NCBI GenBank assembly: GCA_937880875.1
Contig: CALGRI010000380.1
Span: forward strand, 19,703 to 83,702
Length of the DNA stretch: 64,000 bases
Origin: an uncultured Pseudomonadota bacterium
GTDB lineage: Bacteria; Desulfobacterota; Desulfobacteria; Desulfobacterales; Desulfobacteraceae
Direction: 5' to 3'
Shown: one piece after another, positions 51,148 to 60,476 of the stretch
Position numbering within the stretch: position 1 is the stretch's first letter
Layout: each line of letters opens with the position of its first letter
Program-made: the position numbers and the translations under genes
The notes under the pieces: model-generated
Told to the model about the DNA's origin: nothing
What the model saw: only the letters and a program-made list of their open reading frames with translations
The model's database searches: none

Positions 51148-51921
51148 CTAACCGACCAAAAGGTTGATGTCATATTCTAAAATAATATCCATCAGCTGTT
51201 TTGGCGGTTTTTTATCTGTAATCAAAGTGTCAATCTCTTTGATACTTCCAAGTTTGACCATTGCATTTCTGCCAAACTTGGAATGATCTGCAACAAGAAA
51301 AACCTTTCTTGAATTTTCAATAATTGTTCTTGCCACATGAACTTCCCGGAAGTCAAAATCAAGCAATGTTCCATCAAGGTCAATACCACTGATTCCGATG
51401 ATTCCAATATCCATTTTAAATTGTTTAATAAATTGAACTGCAGATTCTCCTGTTATCCCGCCGTCTTTGCTTCTTACGATCCCTCCTGCAACAATGACTT
51501 CAAACCCCTCTTTTTTGCTCATAATCGCAGCAACATTGATATTGTTTGTGATGATTCTCAATTTATTATGATCGCACAGAGCATGGGCAACATGCTCTGT
51601 TGTTGTACCGATATTGATAAAAAGAGAGGATTTGTCCGGGATAATGGATGCTACATTCCTGGCAATTTTCTTTTTTTCTTCAGAAAGCAGCTCTTTTCTA
51701 TGGCCATAGGCAACATTTTCCACACTGGAAGAGGACCCGGCACCGCCATGATACCTTGAAACATATCCTTCCTTATCAAGAAAGTTTATGTCCCTTCTTA
51801 TGGTTTGCGGTGTAACATTATAAAGTTTTGCCATTTCTTCCACCGTGGCAAATCCATTATTATTTATCAAAGAAATAATATTTTCATGCCGGTTGCTGAT
51901 GGCTTTTCGTAAAAAATTCAT
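51148..51921 (-). CDS. glpR: DeoR-family glycerol-3-phosphate regulon repressor
   Basis: VTPQTIRRD, R.HGGA, FINIGTT, DHSKFGR.AMV; follows glpK. Confidence 0.92.
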   Translation of the reverse strand: MNFLRKAISNRHENIISLINNNGFATVEEMAKLYNVTPQTIRRDINFLDKEGYVSRYHGGAGSSSSVENVAYGHRKELLSEEKKKIARNVASIIPDKSSLFINIGTTTEHVAHALCDHNKLRIITNNINVAAIMSKKEGFEVIVAGGIVRSKDGGITGESAVQFIKQFKMDIGIIGISGIDLDGTLLDFDFREVHVARTIIENSRKVFLVADHSKFGRNAMVKLGSIKEIDTLITDKKPPKQLMDIILEYDINLLVG

Positions 51922-52017
51922 TTATTTTAATAATCCAAGCATTTTAAATAAATTTATAAGTTTAATAAAGCTGCCAATATTCTACTCCAATCATTCATCT
52001 GTCGCAAACCTTAAATA

Positions 52018-53526
52018 TCACAACCAGTCAAAAGATCTTTCAACTGCTTTTTCCCATCTGGAATACAGGTGTTCGCGTTTTTTTTGAGACATGGAGGGAA
52101 CCCATCTTTTCCCCTCTGACCAGTTCGCCTTCAAATCATTTATATCATTCCAGAACCCTGTGGCAAGCCCGGCAGCATAGGCTGCCCCCAATGCGGTTGT
52201 TTCAATTACCGTCGGCCGTATAATTGGCACGTTGAGCATGTCAGATTGAAACTGCATGAGCAATTCATTCAATACCATTCCCCCGTCAACTTTGAGCAGG
52301 GTTAAGTCCACCTTGGAATCTTTCTTCATTGCTGTGACGATATCAAGTGTCTGATACGCGTTTGCCTCAAGAACCGCTCTTGCCAGGTGACCTTTATTTG
52401 CAAATCTTGTAAGCCCTGCAATAATACCTCTTGCGTCTGATCGCCAATATGGGGCAAACAGCCCGGAAAATGCCGGCACAAAATAAACATCGCCATTATC
52501 ATCCACTGTTTTTGCGAGCTCTTCTATTTCCCCGGCAGATTTGATAATCCCCAAATTATCCCGCATCCACTGTACCAGAGCACCGGCAATTGCAATGGAG
52601 CCTTCCAGGCAATATACGGCTTTTTCATTATTGATCTGATATCCCACAGTGGTCAAAAGACCATGCTTGGACATAACAGGTGTGGTCCCTGTATTCATAA
52701 GCAAAAAACAACCCGTGCCATAGGTATTTTTCGCCTCGCCTTTGGCAAAACAGGTTTGGCCGAAAAGTGCTGCCTGTTGATCACCCAGTGCTGCACAAAC
52801 CGGTATTTCTCCTTTGAAAGGGCCGTCTTTTTGTGTTCTTCCCCAGGTATTATAGTCTATGGAAGGCTTTATATCCGGCAGTATGGATATGGGTATACCA
52901 AGCGCCCCTACAATATCTTTATCCCATTCAAGGGAATGGATATTCATCATCATGGTCCTGCTGGCATTGGAAACGTCTGTAATGTGTGATCCTTTTTTGG
53001 GTCCTCCCGTCAGCCACCAGATAATCCAGGTTTCAATTGTTCCAAAAAGAACATCGCCTGAAATGATATCTTTTTTTGCATCTGGTATATTATCCAGCAC
53101 CCATTTTAATTTTGGCCCTGAAAAATAAGTTGCCACGGGCAGTCCTGTTTTTTCAGTGAAAAATGCCTCCCCTGTCAGGGCCACAAGATTTTTACAGATT
53201 TCATCTGTTCTTGTGCATTGCCAGACAATGGCATTATAATATGGTTTTCCCGTTTTCTGGTTCCAGACAACACTGGTCTCTCTTTGATTGGTTATTCCGA
53301 TGGAATCAATGGATTCTGCAGAAATTCTTGTTTTATCCAACACTTGTGTAATAACCGAACAGGTGTTTTTCCAGATTTCAATGGGATCATGTTCAACCCA
53401 GCCTGGTTTGGGGAAAATCTGTTTGTGCTCTTTCTGGGCAGAAGCAAAAATATTGCCTTTTTTATCAAAAAGGATGAACCGGTTACTGGTCGTCCCAAGA
53501 TCTATTGAACCGACATATTTTAACAT
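52018..53526 (-). CDS. glpK: Glycerol kinase
   Basis: D.GTTS.R, GWVEHDP, TNQRET, YFSGPK, GDQQAA, KNTYGTG, DGG, ETTALGAA. Confidence 0.97.
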   Translation of the reverse strand: MLKYVGSIDLGTTSNRFILFDKKGNIFASAQKEHKQIFPKPGWVEHDPIEIWKNTCSVITQVLDKTRISAESIDSIGITNQRETSVVWNQKTGKPYYNAIVWQCTRTDEICKNLVALTGEAFFTEKTGLPVATYFSGPKLKWVLDNIPDAKKDIISGDVLFGTIETWIIWWLTGGPKKGSHITDVSNASRTMMMNIHSLEWDKDIVGALGIPISILPDIKPSIDYNTWGRTQKDGPFKGEIPVCAALGDQQAALFGQTCFAKGEAKNTYGTGCFLLMNTGTTPVMSKHGLLTTVGYQINNEKAVYCLEGSIAIAGALVQWMRDNLGIIKSAGEIEELAKTVDDNGDVYFVPAFSGLFAPYWRSDARGIIAGLTRFANKGHLARAVLEANAYQTLDIVTAMKKDSKVDLTLLKVDGGMVLNELLMQFQSDMLNVPIIRPTVIETTALGAAYAAGLATGFWNDINDLKANWSEGKRWVPSMSQKKREHLYSRWEKAVERSFDWL

Positions 53527-53658
53527 AATTTTACCTCCAATGCTTAAACATCACCATTGTCTTACGATATCACTTAAATAACCTTCTTTAAATATAAATA
53601 TACATTTTTTTACATTACCATAAATTTTTGCATAAAGAACTCTAAACAACATATTATT

Positions 53659-53690
53659 TTCATTTCATATTCGTTTTTTTCGCTTGCACA
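53659..53690. promoter_or_regulatory. Possible GlpR operator: helically phased TTC(G/A) boxes next to a TTGCAC -35 element
   Basis: TTCA at 53659, TTCG at 53670 and 53680 (10-11 bp spacing) in the divergent glpK/glpA gap. Confidence 0.25.
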
Positions 53691-53744
53691 AGTTTTTAAG
53701 TCATGGTATTTATTTTTTTGAACATGTCGACAAAGGATTTCCCA

Positions 53745-55340
53745 GTGAATAAAACCATAGAAACAGATGTATTGATTATCGGTGGCGGGGTAACGGGAAC
53801 GGGAATCGCAAGAGATCTTTCCCTTCGCGGGCTGCAATGCATATTAATTGATAAATCAGATTTAAACGCGGGTGCTTCGGGTGGGAATCATGGCCTTTTG
53901 CACAGTGGTGCAAGATATGTTTCTTCAGATCCAAAAGCTGCTGTTGAATGTAAAAATGAACTGGAAATCCTGAAAAAAAATGCCGGGCACTGCATTGACG
54001 ACACAGGAGGCCTGTTTATTGCCGTAAAAGGGGATGATGAAAAATATATTGCCGCCTTTCCAGGCATGTGTGAAAAATCAGGGGTGTATTGCAAAGAAAT
54101 TGATGTGGCCCTTGCCAGAGAAATGGAGCCTGTTTTATCAAAGGATATGATAGCAGCTTATGAAGTCAATGATGCATCAATCAATCCTTTTAAGCTTTCC
54201 ATAGAAAATATGAACGATGCTGTTTTAAGGGGCAGTCAATTTTTAAGTTTCAGCAAGGTTACTGGATTTAAGATTACAAATAATTCCATTGAATATGCCA
54301 CCATCATTAACCAGAATAATGGGGAAACTTTTCAGATAAAAGCCCGCACCTATGTTAATGCATCTGGAGCATGGGCTGGCATTATTGCTACCATGGCCGG
54401 CATAACTATCAACATGGTCCTGTCCAAAGGCACTCTTCTTGTCACAAGCAAGAGAATGACAAAAAGGGTTATTAACCGACTGAGAAAAGCCACGGATGGA
54501 GACATACTGGTGCCTGGCGGGGTAGTATCAATAATAGGAACTACCTCGGTCCGCGTTGAATCTCCTGATAATATTTATCCAACTATAAATGAAGTTGACC
54601 ATATTATAAACGAGGGCGGAAAAATGGTACCTGCCCTAAAAACCTGCCGGTATATCAGGGCATATTCCGGGGCCAGACCGCTTGTCAGTGAAGGGAACAA
54701 TGAAGATGACAGAAATGTCAGCAGGGGATTTACCCTGCGGGATCATAAAGTAGACGGGGTTGATAATTTTATCACAATAACCGGCGGAAAATTGTCCACT
54801 TACCGCCTGATGGCGGAAAAGGCATCTGATCTTGTCTGCTGGAAGCATTCAATATTTTCAAAATGTTTGACAAAAGATATTCCCCTGCCATCGACAAAAA
54901 GCGGTGAGTGGTCTGAGCCCGGTATGATGGCAACTGAACCTGGTATGCTGTCAACCGAACCGGTCATATCAAAGGCTGACAACGACCCAATTTTATGCGA
55001 GTGCGAAATGGTACCCCAGAAAGCCATTGATACACTTATAAATTCAATTCAACAGTCCAGGGGTAAGCCAGACCTGAAAGCCATCGGGGTCAGGAGCAGG
55101 ATCGGCAAAGGCCCTTGTCAGGGAACCTTCTGCAGCTTACGAATCTTTTCCCACATGTATGACAGCAATGTCATCCAGGATCATTCAGATATTATTGATC
55201 TCAAACTCTTTTTAAATGAAAGATGGAAGGGCGAGCAATCTCTTTTGTGGGACCAGGCACTTGCTCAATCCTCGCTAAAAGAAATGATACATTGCGGGGT
55301 ATTTGGATTGGAACTTACGGGCAATAAAAATTTAATATAA
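53745..55340 (+). CDS. glpA: Anaerobic glycerol-3-phosphate dehydrogenase subunit A
   Basis: GGGVTG.GIARD, NHGLLHSGARY, GGK..TYRLMAE, C-terminal CECE...R.G.G.CQG.FC. GTG start after AAGGA. Confidence 0.94.
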   Translation: MNKTIETDVLIIGGGVTGTGIARDLSLRGLQCILIDKSDLNAGASGGNHGLLHSGARYVSSDPKAAVECKNELEILKKNAGHCIDDTGGLFIAVKGDDEKYIAAFPGMCEKSGVYCKEIDVALAREMEPVLSKDMIAAYEVNDASINPFKLSIENMNDAVLRGSQFLSFSKVTGFKITNNSIEYATIINQNNGETFQIKARTYVNASGAWAGIIATMAGITINMVLSKGTLLVTSKRMTKRVINRLRKATDGDILVPGGVVSIIGTTSVRVESPDNIYPTINEVDHIINEGGKMVPALKTCRYIRAYSGARPLVSEGNNEDDRNVSRGFTLRDHKVDGVDNFITITGGKLSTYRLMAEKASDLVCWKHSIFSKCLTKDIPLPSTKSGEWSEPGMMATEPGMLSTEPVISKADNDPILCECEMVPQKAIDTLINSIQQSRGKPDLKAIGVRSRIGKGPCQGTFCSLRIFSHMYDSNVIQDHSDIIDLKLFLNERWKGEQSLLWDQALAQSSLKEMIHCGVFGLELTGNKNLI

Positions 55341-56618
55341 ATGAAGATAATAAAAAATACAGATTGTGACGTTCTTGTTATTGGTGCAGGCCTGGCAGGT
55401 TACATAGCCGCAGCCCGTGCATCAGACCTTGGATTGAAAACCATTCAAGCCGGAAACTCTGCCACCCTTTTTTTTGCCAGCGGATTATTTGATTTATTAG
55501 GGGTTTTTCCGATAGATTCCGGAAAAATACTGACCAAACCCTATTCAGCAATTAAAAAATTACAATCTGATCAACCTGAACACCCCTATTCAAAAGTAAG
55601 TCAAAACCAGATCCAAGAAAGCTTTCAATTTCTGACAGACTTTTTAAGTTCTGCCGGGCTTAACTATCAATTGTCCGGCCCTGACAACAAACAAATACTA
55701 ACCTCTGTTGGGACTTTCAAGCCCACATATATGGTTCCTGAAACCTTTTCAAAGGGGTGCGATCTGCACAAGGATGAAAAAAATCTTTTAATTGTTGATT
55801 TTAAAGGGTTAAAGGGCTTTTGTGCCAGACAGGCAACCGCAGGCTTACAAAGAAACAAGGGTAAAACCTATACCCTGAGTATTGATCTGCCTGAAAATAA
55901 CGGCAGTTTAAACCCTGTTCATCTGGCAAAATTATTTGAAAACAAGGACTTCATACAGAGACTCTCAGATAAAATCACTGGCTTTTCAGAAAAAGCAGAT
56001 ATTGTAGGGATGCCTGCCATATGCGGGATTCACAATAGTTTGGACATCGTAAAATCCCTTACAAAAAGGATTGGAATGGATGTTTTTGAAATACCGGGCA
56101 TGCCACCTTCCATACCAGGTCTGCGCTTGAAAAACGCATTTGAAAAAAAATTATCTAATCCTCATGCAACATTTTTAAGCAATGCTAAAGTTATTTTTCA
56201 TGCCATGGAAAAAGACCATTTCATACTCCAGGCAGTAAATGATAATTTTGAAACCAGGATAAAAGCTAAGGGTGTTATTCTTGCCACGGGCAGATTTCCA
56301 GGGGGAGGCCTTTTTGCCAAAAGAAATATCGTTCTTGAAACGATTTTCAATCTGCCGGTTTTTCAGCCAGAAACCCGTGACCTTTGGCACCAATTGAATT
56401 TTTTTGATGCAAAGGGACATCAGATAAACCAGGCGGGACTTGAAACCGATGATACGTTCAGACCTTTGGACAAGACAGGAAAACCAGCCTTTGAAAATTT
56501 ATATTGCGCAGGCTCCATTATCGCCCATAATGACTGGGCCAGACTTAAATCAGGAACAGGGGTTTCCTGTGTATCTGCCTATACTGCCATTAACAGCTAT
56601 TATAAAAAAAACATGTAA
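55341..56618 (+). CDS. glpB: Anaerobic glycerol-3-phosphate dehydrogenase subunit B
   Basis: IGAGLAG, SG.FDLL, G..KPT, EIP..PPS.PG.RL, LATG.F.GGGL, SG.GV. Confidence 0.92.
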   Translation: MKIIKNTDCDVLVIGAGLAGYIAAARASDLGLKTIQAGNSATLFFASGLFDLLGVFPIDSGKILTKPYSAIKKLQSDQPEHPYSKVSQNQIQESFQFLTDFLSSAGLNYQLSGPDNKQILTSVGTFKPTYMVPETFSKGCDLHKDEKNLLIVDFKGLKGFCARQATAGLQRNKGKTYTLSIDLPENNGSLNPVHLAKLFENKDFIQRLSDKITGFSEKADIVGMPAICGIHNSLDIVKSLTKRIGMDVFEIPGMPPSIPGLRLKNAFEKKLSNPHATFLSNAKVIFHAMEKDHFILQAVNDNFETRIKAKGVILATGRFPGGGLFAKRNIVLETIFNLPVFQPETRDLWHQLNFFDAKGHQINQAGLETDDTFRPLDKTGKPAFENLYCAGSIIAHNDWARLKSGTGVSCVSAYTAINSYYKKNM

Positions 56619-56630
56619 AATGAGAAATTA

Positions 56631-58283
56631 ATGTTTCAGACTGCACTCTTCATTGCCATAATCTTATCCCTTATTGGGTTTTTGTATCAATTCTTTTTCT
56701 TTATTAAGGGAAACAGGAGTTTTAAGGGGAAAAAATGGGTCCCCCGTGGTTTGAATATCAAGACCTTTTTTCTGAACACCATTTTCCAGATAAAATTGTT
56801 CAACGCCGGGAAATTAAGGTGGCTGATCCATTCTCTGGTGGCTTCAGGATTTCTATATCTTTTGGTCTTCCATGCCCTGGATGATGTGACCTCATTTTAC
56901 TGGTTTCAATCTTACCAGTCCACGGTTGATCCCTTTCAATTTTTAAGAAACCTGGCAGGTTTTTTTGTTCTGGCCGGCTGTCTGGGTTTTTTGTTTCGAC
57001 GACTTTTCTTTTTAAAAACGCTTAAGAAAAGAAAAATTCATTTAAAAGGCCTTTTTTCAATACTATTGATTTTAATGGTGATTTTATCGGGTTTTTTACT
57101 TGAGGCAGTTAAAATAATTTCAGAGCCGGTGTTTATGGAAATGGTGGAAGACTATTCTGATATAGATGAAGACACAGGCCTTGAAGATCTGAAAATTTAC
57201 TGGAAAAAAAATTATAATGTTGTTTTTAATGAGGCCTTGCTCATTACCCAGGAAAAACTTGACGAGGGCAAACAGCTTAATGAGGAATTTTGCATTGATT
57301 GTCACTCTCCCATAAAATCCGCTTTTATATCCAGCAGCATAGCCCTGTCCCTAAAAAAATCCGGGGCCTGGCTGAACCATCACAGGGCTGACAACTATGT
57401 ATATTATGCCCATTATTTTCTATGTCTTCTGATTCTTGTGAGCCTGCCCTTTTCAAGGCTTTTTCATATGTTTCTCATACCCGTTGCAAGTCTTGAAAAA
57501 AATTTAAAAAAAGAACAATTGGTTCCTGGCCCAAATCAAGACCAGTTTCCAGACCAGTATCCAAGCCCGGGATATATAAATACAGCAACCCTGTATGCCT
57601 GCACAAACTGCAGCTTTTGCTCGGATGTATGCAGTGTTTTTCCCAATTTTTTAATTACAGAAAATATTCACACCCTGCCCCATTCAAAGATTGACGCTTT
57701 TAAGAGGCTTTTTCATCCTGGACAATTTGATTCTGAAACATTATACCAGCTTCAATCCGGCAATGGCGATTGTACCTATTGCCACAAATGTACTGATATC
57801 TGCCCTTCCGGGATTGATCTTCAGAATTTATGGACCCTTCTCAATCAAAAACTTGTCTTAAAAGGATTTCAGGATAATTACACCTTTATTAAAAGCTTAT
57901 CCTTAAAACAATGGGCAGAGTTGGAGCCTGAAAAAGAAAAAATTGCCTCAACACAGAAAAAGACCACACAACTCGCAGATAATGTGGCTTCCTTTGAAAA
58001 TTGTATTCAATGTACCATATGCACAAATGTCTGTCCCGTTGTTGAGCATGATCTGGCCAACAATGACTATACCCCCCAGCAGGTTATGAATCTGTTGCGA
58101 CTGGGCAAAAAACATATGGCAACGGGCACCCGCATGGTCTGGAACTGTCTGACCTGCTTTACATGCAATGAGTGCTGCCCCCAGGGGATAAGAGTTGCAG
58201 ACATAATGATAGAATTAAGAAATAATGGAAATTTAAGGGCAGATGCCATAAAACTTGAAAAGATGACAAATAAAAAGGCATGA
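56631..58283 (+). CDS. Membrane NarI/HdrE-like domain with CxxCH + four 4Fe-4S motifs (HdrC-like)
   Basis: RWLIH, SGFLLE, H......LPFSRLFH; loop motif FCIDCH; four CxxCxxCxxxC motifs. Confidence 0.82.
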   Translation: MFQTALFIAIILSLIGFLYQFFFFIKGNRSFKGKKWVPRGLNIKTFFLNTIFQIKLFNAGKLRWLIHSLVASGFLYLLVFHALDDVTSFYWFQSYQSTVDPFQFLRNLAGFFVLAGCLGFLFRRLFFLKTLKKRKIHLKGLFSILLILMVILSGFLLEAVKIISEPVFMEMVEDYSDIDEDTGLEDLKIYWKKNYNVVFNEALLITQEKLDEGKQLNEEFCIDCHSPIKSAFISSSIALSLKKSGAWLNHHRADNYVYYAHYFLCLLILVSLPFSRLFHMFLIPVASLEKNLKKEQLVPGPNQDQFPDQYPSPGYINTATLYACTNCSFCSDVCSVFPNFLITENIHTLPHSKIDAFKRLFHPGQFDSETLYQLQSGNGDCTYCHKCTDICPSGIDLQNLWTLLNQKLVLKGFQDNYTFIKSLSLKQWAELEPEKEKIASTQKKTTQLADNVASFENCIQCTICTNVCPVVEHDLANNDYTPQQVMNLLRLGKKHMATGTRMVWNCLTCFTCNECCPQGIRVADIMIELRNNGNLRADAIKLEKMTNKKA

Positions 58284-59122
58284 TAATGAAGTTTGCTTAT
58301 TTTCCCGGGTGTAAAATTCCTTTTGAGCTTGAAGAATATGGGCTTTCCTTTGAAGCCATAATGGAAAAACTATCCGTTCAGCTTATAACCCTGCCCTTTA
58401 ATTGCTGTGGATACCCTTCAAGAAGTAAAAGCCTTGAGATATCCGTATTATCTTCAATTCGTAATCTTGCCCTTGCCGAAAAACACGGCCTTGATCTCAT
58501 AACTCCCTGCAAATGCTGCTTTGGTCAGTTTAAGCATGCCATATACGCCTGGAACAATCACATAGACCTGCGCGTCAAAATTAATAATATCCTGAAAACC
58601 GAAGGTCTTTCATGGAGCGGGGAAACAAAAGTCATTCATCTGCTTTCCTTTTTGTATCATGACCTGGGTCTTGCCGCATTAAAACCTTTGATAACAAGAC
58701 CATTTTCAAATGAAAAAATTGTGGTTCAATATGGCTGCCATGCCCTAAGGCCTTTTTCAATCACAGGATTTGATGATCCCTTTGCACCAAAAATTTTTGA
58801 AGCCCTTGTAAATATCACGGGATTACAAACCATTGAATGGTCAAAAAGCACTGAGTGTTGCGGAAATCCCATTTATGAGACCAATAGAAAATTATCCTTG
58901 AAAATTCTTGAATCTAAATTAAAATCTGCATCTGATTCAGGAGCAGTCTATATTATAAATGCCTGTACCCATTGCCAGATACAATACAATGTTATGGACA
59001 TGGAACAAGAATTAAAAAAAATTCATGTCATTCCCATCCTTTTCACACAAGTTCTTGGAATGGCAATGGGTTTAACCAGAAAAGAATTGGAAATAAACAA
59101 TACCCGAGTTTTTAATTTTTAG
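58280..59122 (+). CDS. Heterodisulfide reductase subunit B-like (CCG domain) protein
   Basis: YFPGC, NCCG, TPC..C, YGCH..RP, ECCG, ACTHC..Q. Confidence 0.9.
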   Translation: MIMKFAYFPGCKIPFELEEYGLSFEAIMEKLSVQLITLPFNCCGYPSRSKSLEISVLSSIRNLALAEKHGLDLITPCKCCFGQFKHAIYAWNNHIDLRVKINNILKTEGLSWSGETKVIHLLSFLYHDLGLAALKPLITRPFSNEKIVVQYGCHALRPFSITGFDDPFAPKIFEALVNITGLQTIEWSKSTECCGNPIYETNRKLSLKILESKLKSASDSGAVYIINACTHCQIQYNVMDMEQELKKIHVIPILFTQVLGMAMGLTRKELEINNTRVFNF

Positions 59123-59148
59123 TACAATTAACTGCTCTAAAGAAAAAA

Positions 59149-60393
59149 TTAGGCTGAGGAAGGTTGCTGCAGAAAATACGTCAAAACCACGGCACCTGAA
59201 GTCAGAATTGCACACAACCAGAAAGCCATACTGAACGTTCCAGTGATATCTGCCAGAAAGCCTGCCACAGCAGGCCCTGTGATCTGTCCTGCTCCAAAGA
59301 ACAAGGTGATAAAGCCAAAGGCTTTTACTGCCTGGGCCGGCCCCATGTAGTCTCCCACTGCTGCTGCCATGATGGTTGGAATACTCCACACGGCCAAACC
59401 AAAAATCCCAATGGAAGCATATAAAAATGGATCAGGCAGATTGGCTGCCACAAGGGCATAGGAAATCGTAAACAATGTGTAAACCACCATCATGCCCATT
59501 TTTCTGCCCAGTTTGTCAGACAGCCACCCGAACAGCGGACCTGAAAACAAAGAAAGCCCACCCACAACTGCCCAGAATGTTCCTGCAGTGCCCTCGCCAA
59601 ACCCCCGTTCATTCACCATGGCCGTGACAATAAAAGTGGCATAGACCACATATGTGGCCCCAAAAAGGGTATAAATGCAACCCAGATGTACCATGGTCCA
59701 TGTATTGGATTGTTTTTTCTTCTGAGCGTTTTTATCAGAAGCAGCCGCAACCATTTGATTTGCATCTCCCAAAGGGGCCAGGCCTTTTTCTTCAGGGTTA
59801 TTTCTAAGAAGCATTGCAGCTATGACAGCTATGACAATAGATATGATGCCAATGGTCAGCCAACCCGTGCGCCAGCCCTCTACCCCCTGGCCGGCATTAA
59901 CCCAGGGCACAAATAAACCCGTAAAAACAATTGCCAGACCGTTTCCCGACAACATGATCCCGGCAGCCCGTCCCCGGGTGCTTTTTAAAAACCAGTGAGA
60001 AACAAGGCCCATCATGGGCACATTTGCCAGGCCTGAACCAATGCCCGTTGCCACATAAAGGGCCATCACTTCAGTAAATGTCATGGCGCGGCCGATCAAA
60101 ACCATGGAAACACCTACCAGGACAAGGCCAAAGGAAATGGTCCAACGTGCACCAATGGCTCTGGCAATGATACCGGCCAGCATCACGGAAATCATATATC
60201 CTACAAAATTACCCGTCCCGATTAAACCCATTTGAGAATAATTCAAATTAAGCGAAATCCCCATGGACGGCAGCAGCATCCCCAGAGAAAAACGGCCCAG
60301 GCCAAGACATGAAAAAAGAACCATAATGCCCGTTAAAGCAATGATCCAGCCGTAATGCAATTGTGTTCTGCCTTCTGACCCTTGATTTTTCAT
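59149..60393 (-). CDS. MFS transporter (YbfB/YjiJ-like)
   Basis: GLGRFS, about 12 TM helices, WF...RG.A.G, G.LSDKLGRK. Confidence 0.9.
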   Translation of the reverse strand: MKNQGSEGRTQLHYGWIIALTGIMVLFSCLGLGRFSLGMLLPSMGISLNLNYSQMGLIGTGNFVGYMISVMLAGIIARAIGARWTISFGLVLVGVSMVLIGRAMTFTEVMALYVATGIGSGLANVPMMGLVSHWFLKSTRGRAAGIMLSGNGLAIVFTGLFVPWVNAGQGVEGWRTGWLTIGIISIVIAVIAAMLLRNNPEEKGLAPLGDANQMVAAASDKNAQKKKQSNTWTMVHLGCIYTLFGATYVVYATFIVTAMVNERGFGEGTAGTFWAVVGGLSLFSGPLFGWLSDKLGRKMGMMVVYTLFTISYALVAANLPDPFLYASIGIFGLAVWSIPTIMAAAVGDYMGPAQAVKAFGFITLFFGAGQITGPAVAGFLADITGTFSMAFWLCAILTSGAVVLTYFLQQPSSA

Positions 60394-60476
60394 GTGTATC
60401 AGCCCATACTCCCATGACAGGCATTGAAATTCAAATTGAAATGATAGATTCTAAAAATATGGTTTTTTTACGCGTT

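Noticed and set aside
54914-54970. 21-bp tandem repeat inside glpA (EPGMMAT/EPGMLST)
   Set aside because: A small in-frame duplication in an interdomain linker with no sign of independent function.
57771-57810. CTYCH as a second heme c site
   Set aside because: It is part of the ferredoxin motif CxxCxxCxxxCP.
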